Below are positions 9,505-20,138 of a stretch of DNA of 64,000 nt, one piece after another (the stretch's first letter is position 1; each line of letters begins with the position of its first letter). This DNA comes from Dehalococcoidia bacterium (GTDB lineage Bacteria > Chloroflexota > Dehalococcoidia > UBA2979). The translations under genes and the position numbers were made by a program. Below the pieces are notes generated by a model. It was not told where the DNA came from and searched no databases. It worked only from the letters and a program-made list of their open reading frames with translations. The DNA is taken from positions 2,720,001 to 2,784,000 of the forward strand of contig OZ244720.1 of the NCBI GenBank assembly GCA_965219085.1, written 5' to 3'.

Positions 9505-10719
9505 CTAGCCGCGAGGCAGGCCGAGGCCGCGGGTGGCGATGATGTTGCGCTGGATCTCCGAGCTGCCGCCGGCGATCGTCGCGGGAATCGTCGTCACGTA
9601 GCGGTGCGTGAACTGCGCGCGAGCCGGGGCCCGCGGGTCGTTCTCGTCCCAGAGGTTCGCGTACAGCCCGAACAGGCGCGTGCCCGCGCGCTGCGTCCGC
9701 TGGTTCACCTCGGAGATGAACATCTTCGCCGTCGAGGCCTCGTAGTTCGGCAGCACCCCCGCGGCCTGCATCGAGATGATGCGGAACGAGAAGTTGAAGC
9801 CAACCTCGCACTCGATGTAGCAGTCGGTGATGAAGTTGCGGACCGCCGTCGTGACCCGAGCCGACTCCTGGTCGGAGTTCGCCGCGTCGATCAGCCGCCG
9901 GATGTCGCGCTGGAGCGCGACGGCGCCGCTGATGTTCGAGCGCTCGTAGTCGAGCAGCGTCATGCCGACGTACCAGCCGCGGTCGACCTCGCCGAGCACG
10001 TTCTGGGCAGGCACGCGCACGTCCTCGAAGAACGTCTCGTTGAAGCCGTGCTTCCAGGCCGCGTTGATGAGCGGGCGGATGTTCAGGCCCGGCGTGTGGA
10101 TGTCGTCGATCAGCATGAACGAGATGCCGCGGTGCTTCGGGGCATCCGGGTTCGTGCGCACGAGCGCGAAGAGCGAGTCGGCGTGGTGCGCGCCGGACGT
10201 CCAGATCTTCTGCCCGTTGATGACGTACTCGTCACCGTCGAGCGTGGCGCGCGTCTGCAGCGAGCCGAGGTCGGAGCCCGCGCCGGGCTCGGAGTAGCCC
10301 TGCGCCCAGACGACCTCGCCGGAGAGGATGCCGGAGAGGTGCTTGGCCTTCTGCTCGTCGGTGCCGTGCACGATGATCGTCGGCCCGAGCAGCGAGACGC
10401 CGCCGCCGCCCACGCTCGGCGCGCCGGCTTCGGCCATCTCCATGTTGTAGATGAACTGCTCCATCGGCGAGAGTCCGGCGCCGCCGTACTCCTGAGGCCA
10501 ATGCGGTGCGAACCAGCCCTCGGCGGAGATAGCGTCGCCCCACTCGACGGCGGCGTCGCGTAGCGCCTCGTTGTCCGAGTTGCGGTCGCCGATCCAGCCC
10601 TGGGGGTCCTCGAGGCCCTGCGCGAGCAGGTCCTTGTAGTGGCCGGGCAGCTTCGCCTCGATGACGTCCTTGACGCGCTGGCGGAATGTCGCCTGTTCTG
10701 GAGTGTCTGCCCAGTCCAT
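9505..10719 (-). CDS. acyl-CoA dehydrogenase
   Basis: WAQGYSEPGAGSDL, NGQKIWTS, TIAGGSSEIQRNIIA; start chosen at MDWAD after RBS. Confidence 0.93.
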   Translation of the reverse strand: MDWADTPEQATFRQRVKDVIEAKLPGHYKDLLAQGLEDPQGWIGDRNSDNEALRDAAVEWGDAISAEGWFAPHWPQEYGGAGLSPMEQFIYNMEMAEAGAPSVGGGGVSLLGPTIIVHGTDEQKAKHLSGILSGEVVWAQGYSEPGAGSDLGSLQTRATLDGDEYVINGQKIWTSGAHHADSLFALVRTNPDAPKHRGISFMLIDDIHTPGLNIRPLINAAWKHGFNETFFEDVRVPAQNVLGEVDRGWYVGMTLLDYERSNISGAVALQRDIRRLIDAANSDQESARVTTAVRNFITDCYIECEVGFNFSFRIISMQAAGVLPNYEASTAKMFISEVNQRTQRAGTRLFGLYANLWDENDPRAPARAQFTHRYVTTIPATIAGGSSEIQRNIIATRGLGLPRG

Positions 10720-10952
10720 ATAGATTCCCTTCGTTTCATGCCGGCGCGCCTCCACGCCGGCTGTGTGACGGCGCGTGCATCGGCGTTCGCATCATAGCGC
10801 GCCACGGCGGGTGGTGCCGACCCGGATCGCCGGCCGCGATGCCCGGCGGGCGAGTGAGCAACTCGCACCGCGGGGCCGCGAGCCTCCGCTTCACTACGTG
10901 ATGGTTGCCGTTTCATCACGCCCGGACGCACCGGCTGGGCTACACTCAATCC

Positions 10953-11147
10953 ATGGACCAACAGGCAGTCGACGCGTACCGCGAGGCGTACGAGGCGTGG
11001 CAGAAGCACCTGGAGCAGGTCCACGCTTTCATGCTCGACGGTGAGCCGCTCCACCCGACCAGGATCAAGGGCCTCCTCAACCGCGAGGCCACCGCCAAGG
11101 ATCGCTACGACGAGGCACGCCGAATGCTGCTCGGCATCGGCGACTGA
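10953..11147 (+). CDS. small hypothetical protein
   Basis: TACACT -10 box 6 nt before ATG; host-like codon usage. Confidence 0.7.
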   Translation: MDQQAVDAYREAYEAWQKHLEQVHAFMLDGEPLHPTRIKGLLNREATAKDRYDEARRMLLGIGD

Positions 11148-11162
11148 GCGAGGGGCGACGCG

Positions 11163-11957
11163 ATGACGGCATCCACCTCGAGCGCGGTAATGAGCCCCCC
11201 CTGGTACCGCAGCGGGTACCCGCGATCGCTCACCATTGGGGCGGCGTTCTCGGTGGCGTGGTCACCGTGCATCGGCCCGATCCTCGGCATCGTGCTGACG
11301 CTGGCGGCGACGTCCGGGACGGCGGCGCAGGGCGCGCTGCTGCTGATCTTCTACGCACTGGGGCTTGGGGTATGGTTCCTGGCGTTCGGCGCCGCGTTCG
11401 GCTGGCTGACGCCGCAGTTGCGCAAGATCCAGCCGTACATGCCCGCGCTGATGGTCGTGTCCGGCGCGCTCTTCATCGTCGTCGGCGGGTTGATGTTCCT
11501 CGGTGAGTTCTCACAGCTCAACGCGCGGTTCCAGAGCTTCGGCTTCCTGTTCCAGCAGACCGCTTCCGCCGAGGAGACCCTGTCCGGGAGCACCGACGGG
11601 TTCCTCGGGCCCGGCATCGCCTTCTTCGGCGGGATCGTCTCGTTCCTCTCGCCGTGCGTGCTGCCGCTCGTCCCCGTCTACCTCGCGAACCTCGCCGGCG
11701 AGGCGATGCGAGGCACGGGCGACGCCAGGGCCGACCGGCGTCGCGTGTTCCTCCACTCGGTGGTGTTCGTGATCGGCTTCACGCTGGTGTTCGCCTTCGT
11801 CGGCGCGTCGGCGGGATTCCTCGGGACGCTGGTGCAGGAGCAACTCGACACGGTCACGCGCGTCGGCGGAGTGCTGCTCGTCGTCTTCGGGATGCAGATG
11901 AGCGGGCTCATCCACATCCCGTACCTGGAGCGCACCTACCAGCTTCCGGCCGGGTAG
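11163..11957 (+). CDS. ccdA: cytochrome c biogenesis CcdA/DsbD-beta protein, circularly permuted
   Basis: Both PC motifs present, but WSPCIGPILG precedes SFLSPCVLPL. Confidence 0.85.
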   Translation: MTASTSSAVMSPPWYRSGYPRSLTIGAAFSVAWSPCIGPILGIVLTLAATSGTAAQGALLLIFYALGLGVWFLAFGAAFGWLTPQLRKIQPYMPALMVVSGALFIVVGGLMFLGEFSQLNARFQSFGFLFQQTASAEETLSGSTDGFLGPGIAFFGGIVSFLSPCVLPLVPVYLANLAGEAMRGTGDARADRRRVFLHSVVFVIGFTLVFAFVGASAGFLGTLVQEQLDTVTRVGGVLLVVFGMQMSGLIHIPYLERTYQLPAG

Positions 11958-12042
11958 CGGCGGGCCCGGGGCTCCGGGCTCACCGAGACAACGAGGCCGT
12001 CCGGTGTCGCGTGCGTCGGACGTGCCTGCTAGGATCGGCGCA

Positions 12043-12492
12043 ATGGCCACGGAGTACGGCGGACTCGACATCGACGAGATGGGCCGCGTCATCGACGAGG
12101 CCGGGGTGCTCGTCATCCGCTTCCACGTGATCTCCCAGCGCCTGCTGGTGGATGCGCGGATCACGGACGACGAACCCCCGCTCATCCAGCTCGTCCCTCC
12201 CGTCTCCTCGGCCGAGGAGCGCTACCGCCACCTCAAGCAGCTCCGCCCCTCGATGCCGCTGCCCGAGCAGATCACCGTTCTCAGCTGGCCTCGCTACGTC
12301 GAGGTCATGCGTGACGCCGGGCTGTGGCGGCGAATCGAAGAGCGTCTCATCAGCCTCGGCGGCGAGCCGCTCGCCGGCCGCTGCCGCGAGGTGTTCGAGG
12401 AAGTCCGCTCGGCCGAGCGCGCCGAGGTTGTCGCAGCCATCCTCGGCGGCGAGGGTTACGAGTCGCTCTGGGAGCGCTCGGCCACCCGCTAA
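12043..12492 (+). CDS. hypothetical protein
   Basis: TAGGAT -10 box 7 nt before ATG; host-like codon usage. Confidence 0.75.
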   Translation: MATEYGGLDIDEMGRVIDEAGVLVIRFHVISQRLLVDARITDDEPPLIQLVPPVSSAEERYRHLKQLRPSMPLPEQITVLSWPRYVEVMRDAGLWRRIEERLISLGGEPLAGRCREVFEEVRSAERAEVVAAILGGEGYESLWERSATR

Positions 12493-12548
12493 TCGTCCTG
12501 CCACCGGCCGCGCGCGATCACAACCCCGGGCTTTGCTAGCCTCGACCC

Positions 12549-13355
12549 GTGCTCAGCATCGCCGGTTCCAGACGACCGAGGCCCCGCCTGACGTCCTCGC
12601 GGTTGCGTGGATGCCTCGCCGTGATCGCCGTCGTGCTGCTCGGCACGCTCCTCGCGGCGTGCTCCAGCAGCGCGCGCGTCGCCGAGACGGACAGCGTCGT
12701 CAGCCGGGTCGCGTTCATGGATGGCGAGGTCTACGAGTACCGGCTGGTCGACCGAAACGGCGAGGTCGCCGGCGCCGGTACGTTCACGACGGACCGCGAC
12801 GACGGGGCGTGGCTGCTGACGCAGACGTACGAGAACACCGACGGCGTCGTGGTCGACGAGTCGCGCGTCGTCGTGGATGCGCTGACGCTGCAACCCCGCT
12901 CGACCGAACGCGTCATCGTCCGCAACGGTGAGACCGAGGTACTCACGGCGGCCTACGGCACGGACGCCGAGGGCAGCCGTACCGTGCGAACCACGCACGT
13001 CACACACGTCCAGGGCGGCGACGAGCGCGAACGCACCATCGACATCAACGAGCACGACTACGAGGACCAGTCCTCGCTGTGGCTGTGGCGCACGCTGGCC
13101 CTGGGCGAAGGCCTCGACGTGCGCTACACCGCAGTCGACCCGCGCGAGGGCGGGCGGGTGACGGCGAACGTGATGCAGGTCGACCGCCAGACGCTGGAGA
13201 CGCCGTTCGGCCTCACGTACGATACGTGGGTGCTCCAGATCCGCACGGGGCGCGAGACGGTGAACGTGTGGATCCACGTCAATCCGCCACACGAGGTCGT
13301 GCGCTTCGACAACGGCCGGCTGTTCTTCCAGCTGGAGTGGGCCGGCATCCGCTAG
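12549..13355 (+). CDS. putative beta-rich lipoprotein
   Basis: Signal peptide with LLAA-C lipobox; beta-strand-rich body. Confidence 0.7.
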   Translation: MLSIAGSRRPRPRLTSSRLRGCLAVIAVVLLGTLLAACSSSARVAETDSVVSRVAFMDGEVYEYRLVDRNGEVAGAGTFTTDRDDGAWLLTQTYENTDGVVVDESRVVVDALTLQPRSTERVIVRNGETEVLTAAYGTDAEGSRTVRTTHVTHVQGGDERERTIDINEHDYEDQSSLWLWRTLALGEGLDVRYTAVDPREGGRVTANVMQVDRQTLETPFGLTYDTWVLQIRTGRETVNVWIHVNPPHEVVRFDNGRLFFQLEWAGIR

Positions 13356-13381
13356 CCCCTGCTTGCTCGCCGGTAAGGCGC

Positions 13382-14041
13382 CTACCAGAGGGCCTCGATC
13401 TCACCCCAGTCGAGGACGTTCTCCCGTCGCATCCATTGCTGATCGAGCATGAACCGGACCTGCTTCTTCTTGTGTATCTCCTCGATGTCGTCAGCCACGA
13501 CGAACGGGACAACCTCTTTATGGAGGCCCAGCAGGTCCAGGAGGACGTGTGCGGTCACGTATTGTCGGATGAGTTGATGCGTGAGGACGTCGCTACTGCT
13601 CGTGCCGAAGGACATCTCGTGCTTCGCCTCACCAATGAACAGGTGGGTCGGTGACTCAAGCACAATGTCGAACTCAGTATTCCGGAGGTTGCTCTCGAGC
13701 CGGGACCGCTTCTCCGCGGTGTCGGCCCTGTAGTTCCAGGCCTTCAGGCGACGGAACTCGTTGAAGTCGGTGACCTCTCGACGCAGGGCCGGGAACAGGC
13801 GCTCGTAGCGCTCGGCAAAATCTGCGGCATCCGGGCTGCTCCCGCCACGTTGCGAAATGTAGTCGCGGATACCGCGCCAGAATAGTTCGAGGCGGACATC
13901 GCTCGGCTGAAGCGCGGCCTGCTCCTGAGCGTGAGCGAGCAACCGTCTCGCGACCCGCGCACTGGCCTGTCCGAACAGCGGTGCGAAGTAGGTTGCGGTC
14001 TTCCAGTTCTCGGTCCTGTTCGTGATCCCCAGAATCGCCAT
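13382..14041 (-). CDS. hypothetical protein, putative PD-(D/E)XK nuclease fold
   Basis: TEFDIVLESPTHLFIGEAK (D...ExK) and downstream HQLIRQY; atypical codon usage. Confidence 0.55.
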   Translation of the reverse strand: MAILGITNRTENWKTATYFAPLFGQASARVARRLLAHAQEQAALQPSDVRLELFWRGIRDYISQRGGSSPDAADFAERYERLFPALRREVTDFNEFRRLKAWNYRADTAEKRSRLESNLRNTEFDIVLESPTHLFIGEAKHEMSFGTSSSDVLTHQLIRQYVTAHVLLDLLGLHKEVVPFVVADDIEEIHKKKQVRFMLDQQWMRRENVLDWGEIEALW

Positions 14042-14075
14042 GACGACCTCTCACCCGACTGCGCACGTGGGCAGG

Positions 14076-14669
14076 CTACGGCATCACCGGCGTGATCGCC
14101 GACTGGAGCCGCTCGGCGAGGGGGCCCCACCCCGCACGTGCCGCCTCGATGCGCTGAGAGAGAGCCTCCGCGTCACCGTCGGAGGCGAGGACCACGCCCC
14201 CGGCGCGGAACTGCTCACGCTCCTCGACCGTCGGGCCGGCGAAGACGGCGAGCATGTCCGTGCCGTCCGCCAGCGCCGCGATCGCCGACAGTAGTTCCTG
14301 CGCCTGCCACTCGAACGCGGGCGGCTCGGCGGGCAGCGCAAACGCCCACAGCGCCCGCACCCCACCGGCAGGCGGCATCGAGTTGGCGCCGAGGGCGATC
14401 GAGGCGCTCCACATCCCGCTCGTGGCGTTGGCGACGCCCTCGATCACGAAGCGCATGTGCTCCGGCGCAGCCGCGAACCCCTCGATGCGGTCGCGGCGGT
14501 CGATCCACACCGCCGCCGTCAGCGCCGTCTCGTTACGTCCAACGACGCACGTCTGCACGCCCTCGATCCCCGCGAGGTCGCCCGCGAGGCTCGCCGCGTG
14601 GTCGCGGTCGGCGTCGGGAGCGTCGGGGCGCAGCGCGGCGACGACGAGGTGCAGCAGCTCGGCGCTCAC
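14076..14669 (-). CDS. hypothetical protein (Dabb-like N-terminus)
   Basis: HLVV.ALRPDA...IEGV...G...FAAAPEH pattern; overlaps upstream ATPase stop. Confidence 0.55.
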   Translation of the reverse strand: MSAELLHLVVAALRPDAPDADRDHAASLAGDLAGIEGVQTCVVGRNETALTAAVWIDRRDRIEGFAAAPEHMRFVIEGVANATSGMWSASIALGANSMPPAGGVRALWAFALPAEPPAFEWQAQELLSAIAALADGTDMLAVFAGPTVEEREQFRAGGVVLASDGDAEALSQRIEAARAGWGPLAERLQSAITPVMP

Positions 14670-15378
14670 GGCGGGTCGCCGCCCGCACGCGCCTGCGGCG
14701 GCTCGACGAGGCGCACGCGCGCCTCAGCGCTCGGGGCACGCACCTCGCCATCGATGAGTTCGAGGGCGCGGCCGGCGAGCGCGACAACCGACGCGTCGTC
14801 GGTGGCCACCACCACGGCGCCCTGGCGTGCGGTCACGGGCGCGAGCAGGCGCAGCACGTCCTCGGCGACATCGGCGGGCGGCTCGTCGACCAGCACGATC
14901 CGCGGACGCAGGGCGAGGGCGCGCGCCACGGCGGCGCGCCAGCGCGCCCCCGTGTCCACCTCGTGCGGGGAGCGTCGCGCGTCCGCGCCCAGCCCGGCCA
15001 GGTCGACCAACTCGTCGCGGCGTGCGCCGCGGTCGCGGCGTCCGAGTCTTGCCCAGCGCAGCGGCTGCTCGATCTGTTCGGAGAGCGAGCGGTCGGGCAC
15101 GAGTCCGCCGCCCGCGGGGACGATGGCGAGCAAGCCGCGGCGCAGCTCGCGCCGCCTCGACACGCTCGCCCGCCACACGTCCTCGTCGTCGAGGCGCACC
15201 GACCCGGCGTCGGGTCGCAGCAGCCCCGCGACGACGTGCAGCAGGGTGGTCTTGCCCGCACCGGGCAGCCCCGTGAGGGCGACGAGCTCGCCGGGGGCGA
15301 CCTCGAACGTGGCGTCGCGCAGCACCGGGCGCGCAAGGTCGCCCGTGTGCGCGGCGTACCCGACGGCCTCGACGGCGA

Positions 15379-16290
<912 letters not shown>

Positions 16291-16291
16291 G

Positions 16292-19200
16292 TCACGCCTC
16301 CCGCAACTGCAGCGCGCGGCCCCACGACCATCCTCGGTAGCGTAGTGCCGCTGCCGCAACCACGAGCGCGAACGAAACGGCCAGCGCCACGCCCGCGACG
16401 AGTAGCGGCTCCGCGGTAACCTCGATGCGCGGCGGTGGGACGATCACCGTCCCGGCGGGGTCCGCGCCGAGGATGTCGAGCAGCCACCGGCCGAGCACGA
16501 TCCCCAGACCGACGCCGAGCGCGGCCGCGGCGACGAGCCGCGCGAGCACGGCGAGCACGACGGTCGCGAGCTGCTCTCCTCCGCTGCCGCCGATCGCCTC
16601 CGCCACGGCCGCCGCACGCTCCGCCGCTCGCAGGGCCGCGACGCCCTCGACGGCGACGGCGACGAGCGCCAGTACGAGGAGCGCGCCGAAGCCCAGCGTG
16701 AGCACGCCGCGCCATCCGCGGGCCAGCGTGCGCGCGCCGGCGAGCGCGGCAAGCTCCGTCTCGCGGTCGACGAGGGTTGCGGCGTCGAAGCCGCCACCGG
16801 TGAGCGCCGACGCGGTAGCCGCCGGCGTCGAGGTGGCGAACCACGCTTCGCCGGAGCGCAGTGCCGCGCCGGGCGAGGCGTTCACGGCGGCCAGCAGGCG
16901 CTCGAGGTTCGCCACGGCGAACGCCCCACCATCGAGCCCGAGGGTGGGGAAGTGGTCCACCACCCCGGCCGCCTGCGCGTTGAGGAGGCGGCCGGCGACC
17001 TCGAGCCGGAGCTCGTCCCCGACGGCCGCGCCGAGGTCGTCGAGTGTGCGGCGGGACGCGTAGAGCAACACCGGCGCGCCGTCGGTCTCCTGTCGCAGCC
17101 CGCGAACGCGCACGGCCGGCACGCCCGGCGGCGTCGGCGGCCAGTCGAGGCGCGTCGAGCCGGTGGCGCCCGGCGCGGTCGGCGGCTCTGCACGCACCGA
17201 CTGCGACGTGCCGCCCGCTGCCAGGTCCGCGATCGGCTCGAGGCCGGCCGTAGTCGAGAGGTCGTGGAGGATCGCGCGTCGCGCGAACTCCGACGATCGG
17301 GGCACGAGCAGCTCGATGGCGTCGAGCGGCGCCTCGGGAGCGTCGAGGCTCGACATGAGCGGCCCGAAGCTGATGCCGCCGTCGTTCGCGGCGACCTCCG
17401 GGCTGAGGTGGGCGTAGTACGCGTGGATGGTGAGCGGCGTCTCGATCGGAGGGCCGCCGATCGGTGTGCCGTCGAGGCCGATCGGCGTCGCGAGGTCGGC
17501 GGCGAGGAAGCCCCAGTGCACGAGCGCGCCGGGGCGCAGGCGACCGATCAGCAGCTCGTACGAACGGCCCGTCGCGTCGGTGAGCGACAGCGCGACGCGC
17601 AGCTCGCCCGCGATCCCGTGCAGTCGCACCCACGCGCCGAGCTGGCGCGTGCCCGGCGGCGCGGTGATGCCGCCGAGGGCCGTCGAGTTGGTTGCGAGCG
17701 CGCCGAGCATGGCGTCGACGGGTTGCGTCGCGAAGTCGTCCCGGACCGCGGCGACGTTGCCGAAGGTTTCAGGCTCCACGCCGAGCAGTTCGATGGTGAC
17801 GGGCTGCCCCGAGCCGTCCTCGGACGTCAGCGTGGCGGCGACGCGCGCGGCCGGTGAGGCGGGATCGGCGGGGACGGTGGCGATGGCCGCGCGGAACGCG
17901 GACTCGCCCGCGCCCTCGAGCCCCCGCAGGCCCGACGCGCGAACGTCGGCGCCCGCGGCGTGGGCCGCGCGCTCGCCCGGCGACCGGTCGAGGCCGTCCG
18001 GCAGCGTCGCGAGCAGCACGGCGGCGGCGGCCGCGACGACGACGAGGGCGAACGCCGCCCCCGCCGGCCGGCGCGCCACGGTGCGTAGCGCCTCGAGCCA
18101 CACGATGCTCGGACTCAGCGCCACGGCGCGGGCGAGCGGCCGCGCGAGGTGCGGCAGCAGCCACCACGCGCCGGCGGCGGCCGGCAGCAACAGCGCGGCG
18201 GGCGCGAGCAGCAGCGCATGGTCGGGCGCCACGGGGCCCTCGAGGGTGAACAGGTGGTCACCGCGCGTCAGCGCCCAGAAGCCGCCACCCGCCGCGGCGA
18301 GCAGCAGCGTGACGGCGGCCGCCACGAGGCCGGGACGCCCGGCCCGATCGGGCATCGGCGCCTCCGCGCCACGCCGCGCGACCAGCGCTGCGGGGATGAG
18401 CGCGAGCGCGAACGCAGCAGCGGCTCCGCCCGCCCCGTACAGCACCACCTCGGGCGTCAGATCGAAGCGGAGCCAGGTGCTGCCCGCGAACCCGCCGATG
18501 GCGTCGAGCCGGCCGAGCGCGGCGACGCTCGCGGCAGCGAGCAGTGGCCCGAGCACCAGCGCGGCGAGGGCGGCCGGGAGCACCGTGAACGCCTCGATGG
18601 TTGTGCGCTGCGCCGGGCTCGCGCCGCGCAGCGCGAGCGCCTCGTGGCGGTCTCGGCGCCCCCGCGCGAGCTGCGTCGAGACGGCGGCGACGAACACGCC
18701 CGCGGCGGCGGCGACCTGGCCCAGCAGCAGGGTGAGCGCCGTGCGGCCGAGGCCGGTGACCTCGCCCGCCTGCGCGAGCGCGCGCGGGAGGTCGCTCTCG
18801 ACATGGGCGCTCGGCAGCGCGTCGGGGTCTTCGGCGAGCGTGCGCACGCGCTCGATGAGCGGCGCGGCGTCGCTCGCCCGAACCTCCGAGGCGCGGATCG
18901 CGTAGCTCGCCTCGAACGACGCGTCGACGCTGCCGAACAGGTCGGCGGCAGCGCCGAAGAACGTCGCCTCCGGCGCCAGCAGCGCGAACGTCGCGCCATC
19001 GGTGCGTTCGAGGAGTTGGGGATTGCCGGACCAGTACGGGTCGCGCGCATCCAGCGGGCGGGCCACGCCGACCACCGCGACGACCGTCGGCAAATCACTG
19101 ATGGCGCCGATCGTGTGCAGGGCGAGCCTGGAGCCCGCGCTGACGCCCAGCGTCTCGGCCGTGCCCGCGCCGACCAGCACCGGGATGGGATCGTTGCCGC

Positions 19201-19666
19201 CCCGTGGCTGTGCCTGCGGGTAGGCGCCCTCGACGAGCGCGACGTGGTCCTCGATGCCGGAGCGGAATCGCAGCGCCACCGTCCCGACGAGCGAGGACAC
19301 GAGGCGTCCGTCCTGGACGGCCACCTCGTGCAGCGCGAAGGCGTCGGTGGTGCCCATCCGCACCTGCGAGCCGCCTGCGCCCGCGAGCGCCGCGCCGACC
19401 GCCGCGTCGGTCTCCGCCTGTGCGTTGCTGTACGAGGTGCGGTCGAGCGGGATGCCGTCGCGGGTGACGCGCACCTGCATGTCGGTGAGTTCGACGCTCT
19501 GCAACGCCTCGCGCAGCGCCAGGTCGCGCAGCACGCCGTCGAAGGCCGGCACGGCCGCGAGCGCCGCGGCGACGAGCGTCGCGCCGGCCGCGAGCGCGAG
19601 CGTCCCGCGCCACTGCCGGCGCGCGGCGCTCATCGCGAGCCGCACGAGAAGGCGGAGCTGGGTCAT
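16292..19666 (-). CDS. large FtsX/MacB-like ABC permease
   Basis: Multiple TM clusters, ALALRGAS FtsX-type motif, VVDHFPTL; upstream of two ATPases; TACGAT -10 box before ATG 19666. Confidence 0.75.
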   Translation of the reverse strand: MTQLRLLVRLAMSAARRQWRGTLALAAGATLVAAALAAVPAFDGVLRDLALREALQSVELTDMQVRVTRDGIPLDRTSYSNAQAETDAAVGAALAGAGGSQVRMGTTDAFALHEVAVQDGRLVSSLVGTVALRFRSGIEDHVALVEGAYPQAQPRGGNDPIPVLVGAGTAETLGVSAGSRLALHTIGAISDLPTVVAVVGVARPLDARDPYWSGNPQLLERTDGATFALLAPEATFFGAAADLFGSVDASFEASYAIRASEVRASDAAPLIERVRTLAEDPDALPSAHVESDLPRALAQAGEVTGLGRTALTLLLGQVAAAAGVFVAAVSTQLARGRRDRHEALALRGASPAQRTTIEAFTVLPAALAALVLGPLLAAASVAALGRLDAIGGFAGSTWLRFDLTPEVVLYGAGGAAAAFALALIPAALVARRGAEAPMPDRAGRPGLVAAAVTLLLAAAGGGFWALTRGDHLFTLEGPVAPDHALLLAPAALLLPAAAGAWWLLPHLARPLARAVALSPSIVWLEALRTVARRPAGAAFALVVVAAAAAVLLATLPDGLDRSPGERAAHAAGADVRASGLRGLEGAGESAFRAAIATVPADPASPAARVAATLTSEDGSGQPVTIELLGVEPETFGNVAAVRDDFATQPVDAMLGALATNSTALGGITAPPGTRQLGAWVRLHGIAGELRVALSLTDATGRSYELLIGRLRPGALVHWGFLAADLATPIGLDGTPIGGPPIETPLTIHAYYAHLSPEVAANDGGISFGPLMSSLDAPEAPLDAIELLVPRSSEFARRAILHDLSTTAGLEPIADLAAGGTSQSVRAEPPTAPGATGSTRLDWPPTPPGVPAVRVRGLRQETDGAPVLLYASRRTLDDLGAAVGDELRLEVAGRLLNAQAAGVVDHFPTLGLDGGAFAVANLERLLAAVNASPGAALRSGEAWFATSTPAATASALTGGGFDAATLVDRETELAALAGARTLARGWRGVLTLGFGALLVLALVAVAVEGVAALRAAERAAAVAEAIGGSGGEQLATVVLAVLARLVAAAALGVGLGIVLGRWLLDILGADPAGTVIVPPPRIEVTAEPLLVAGVALAVSFALVVAAAALRYRGWSWGRALQLREA

Positions 19667-19727
19667 GCGTCGATCGTATACCGGACGCGCGACAGCACTG
19701 GGTAGGGGTCGCTGGAGCGAGGCGGCG

Positions 19728-20138
19728 TTACTCGATGCCGCGGCGCTGGAGGTAGCGCGGGTTGCCGACGCGCACCGCGTCGAGGGTGGTGGTGCGCACG
19801 TGGGCGAGCGCCCCGGTGCGGCGCGGCTCCTCGTCGAATGCGCCGGCGCGGATGTCGGCCGCAAAGCGTGCGGTCAGCTCGTTGAGACGCGCGCGCCACT
19901 CGCCGTCCGTCGCGGGCTCCCCGTACAGCGCTTCGAGGCGCGCAAGCGCAGCCCGCGCCGGACCTTCGCCCGCTTCGAGCTCGCGCGACGCGATGCCGAT
20001 CGCGTTGTTGGCCATGAGCAGCTCGTAGCGGCGGTCCCCGGGGACGGCGGGGCCGACCTGCTCCATCAGCGTCTCGCTCGCGATGCGGAGTAGCTCCACG
20101 CCGTCGAGGCCATCGAGTGCGCCTTGCTGCTCAGCCAC
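19728..20138 (-). CDS. DUF6285-like protein accompanying APH phosphotransferase
   Basis: ELL.IASETL...RYELLMANNAIGIASREL...NPRY; overlaps APH gene. Confidence 0.7.
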   Translation of the reverse strand: MAEQQGALDGLDGVELLRIASETLMEQVGPAVPGDRRYELLMANNAIGIASRELEAGEGPARAALARLEALYGEPATDGEWRARLNELTARFAADIRAGAFDEEPRRTGALAHVRTTTLDAVRVGNPRYLQRRGIE

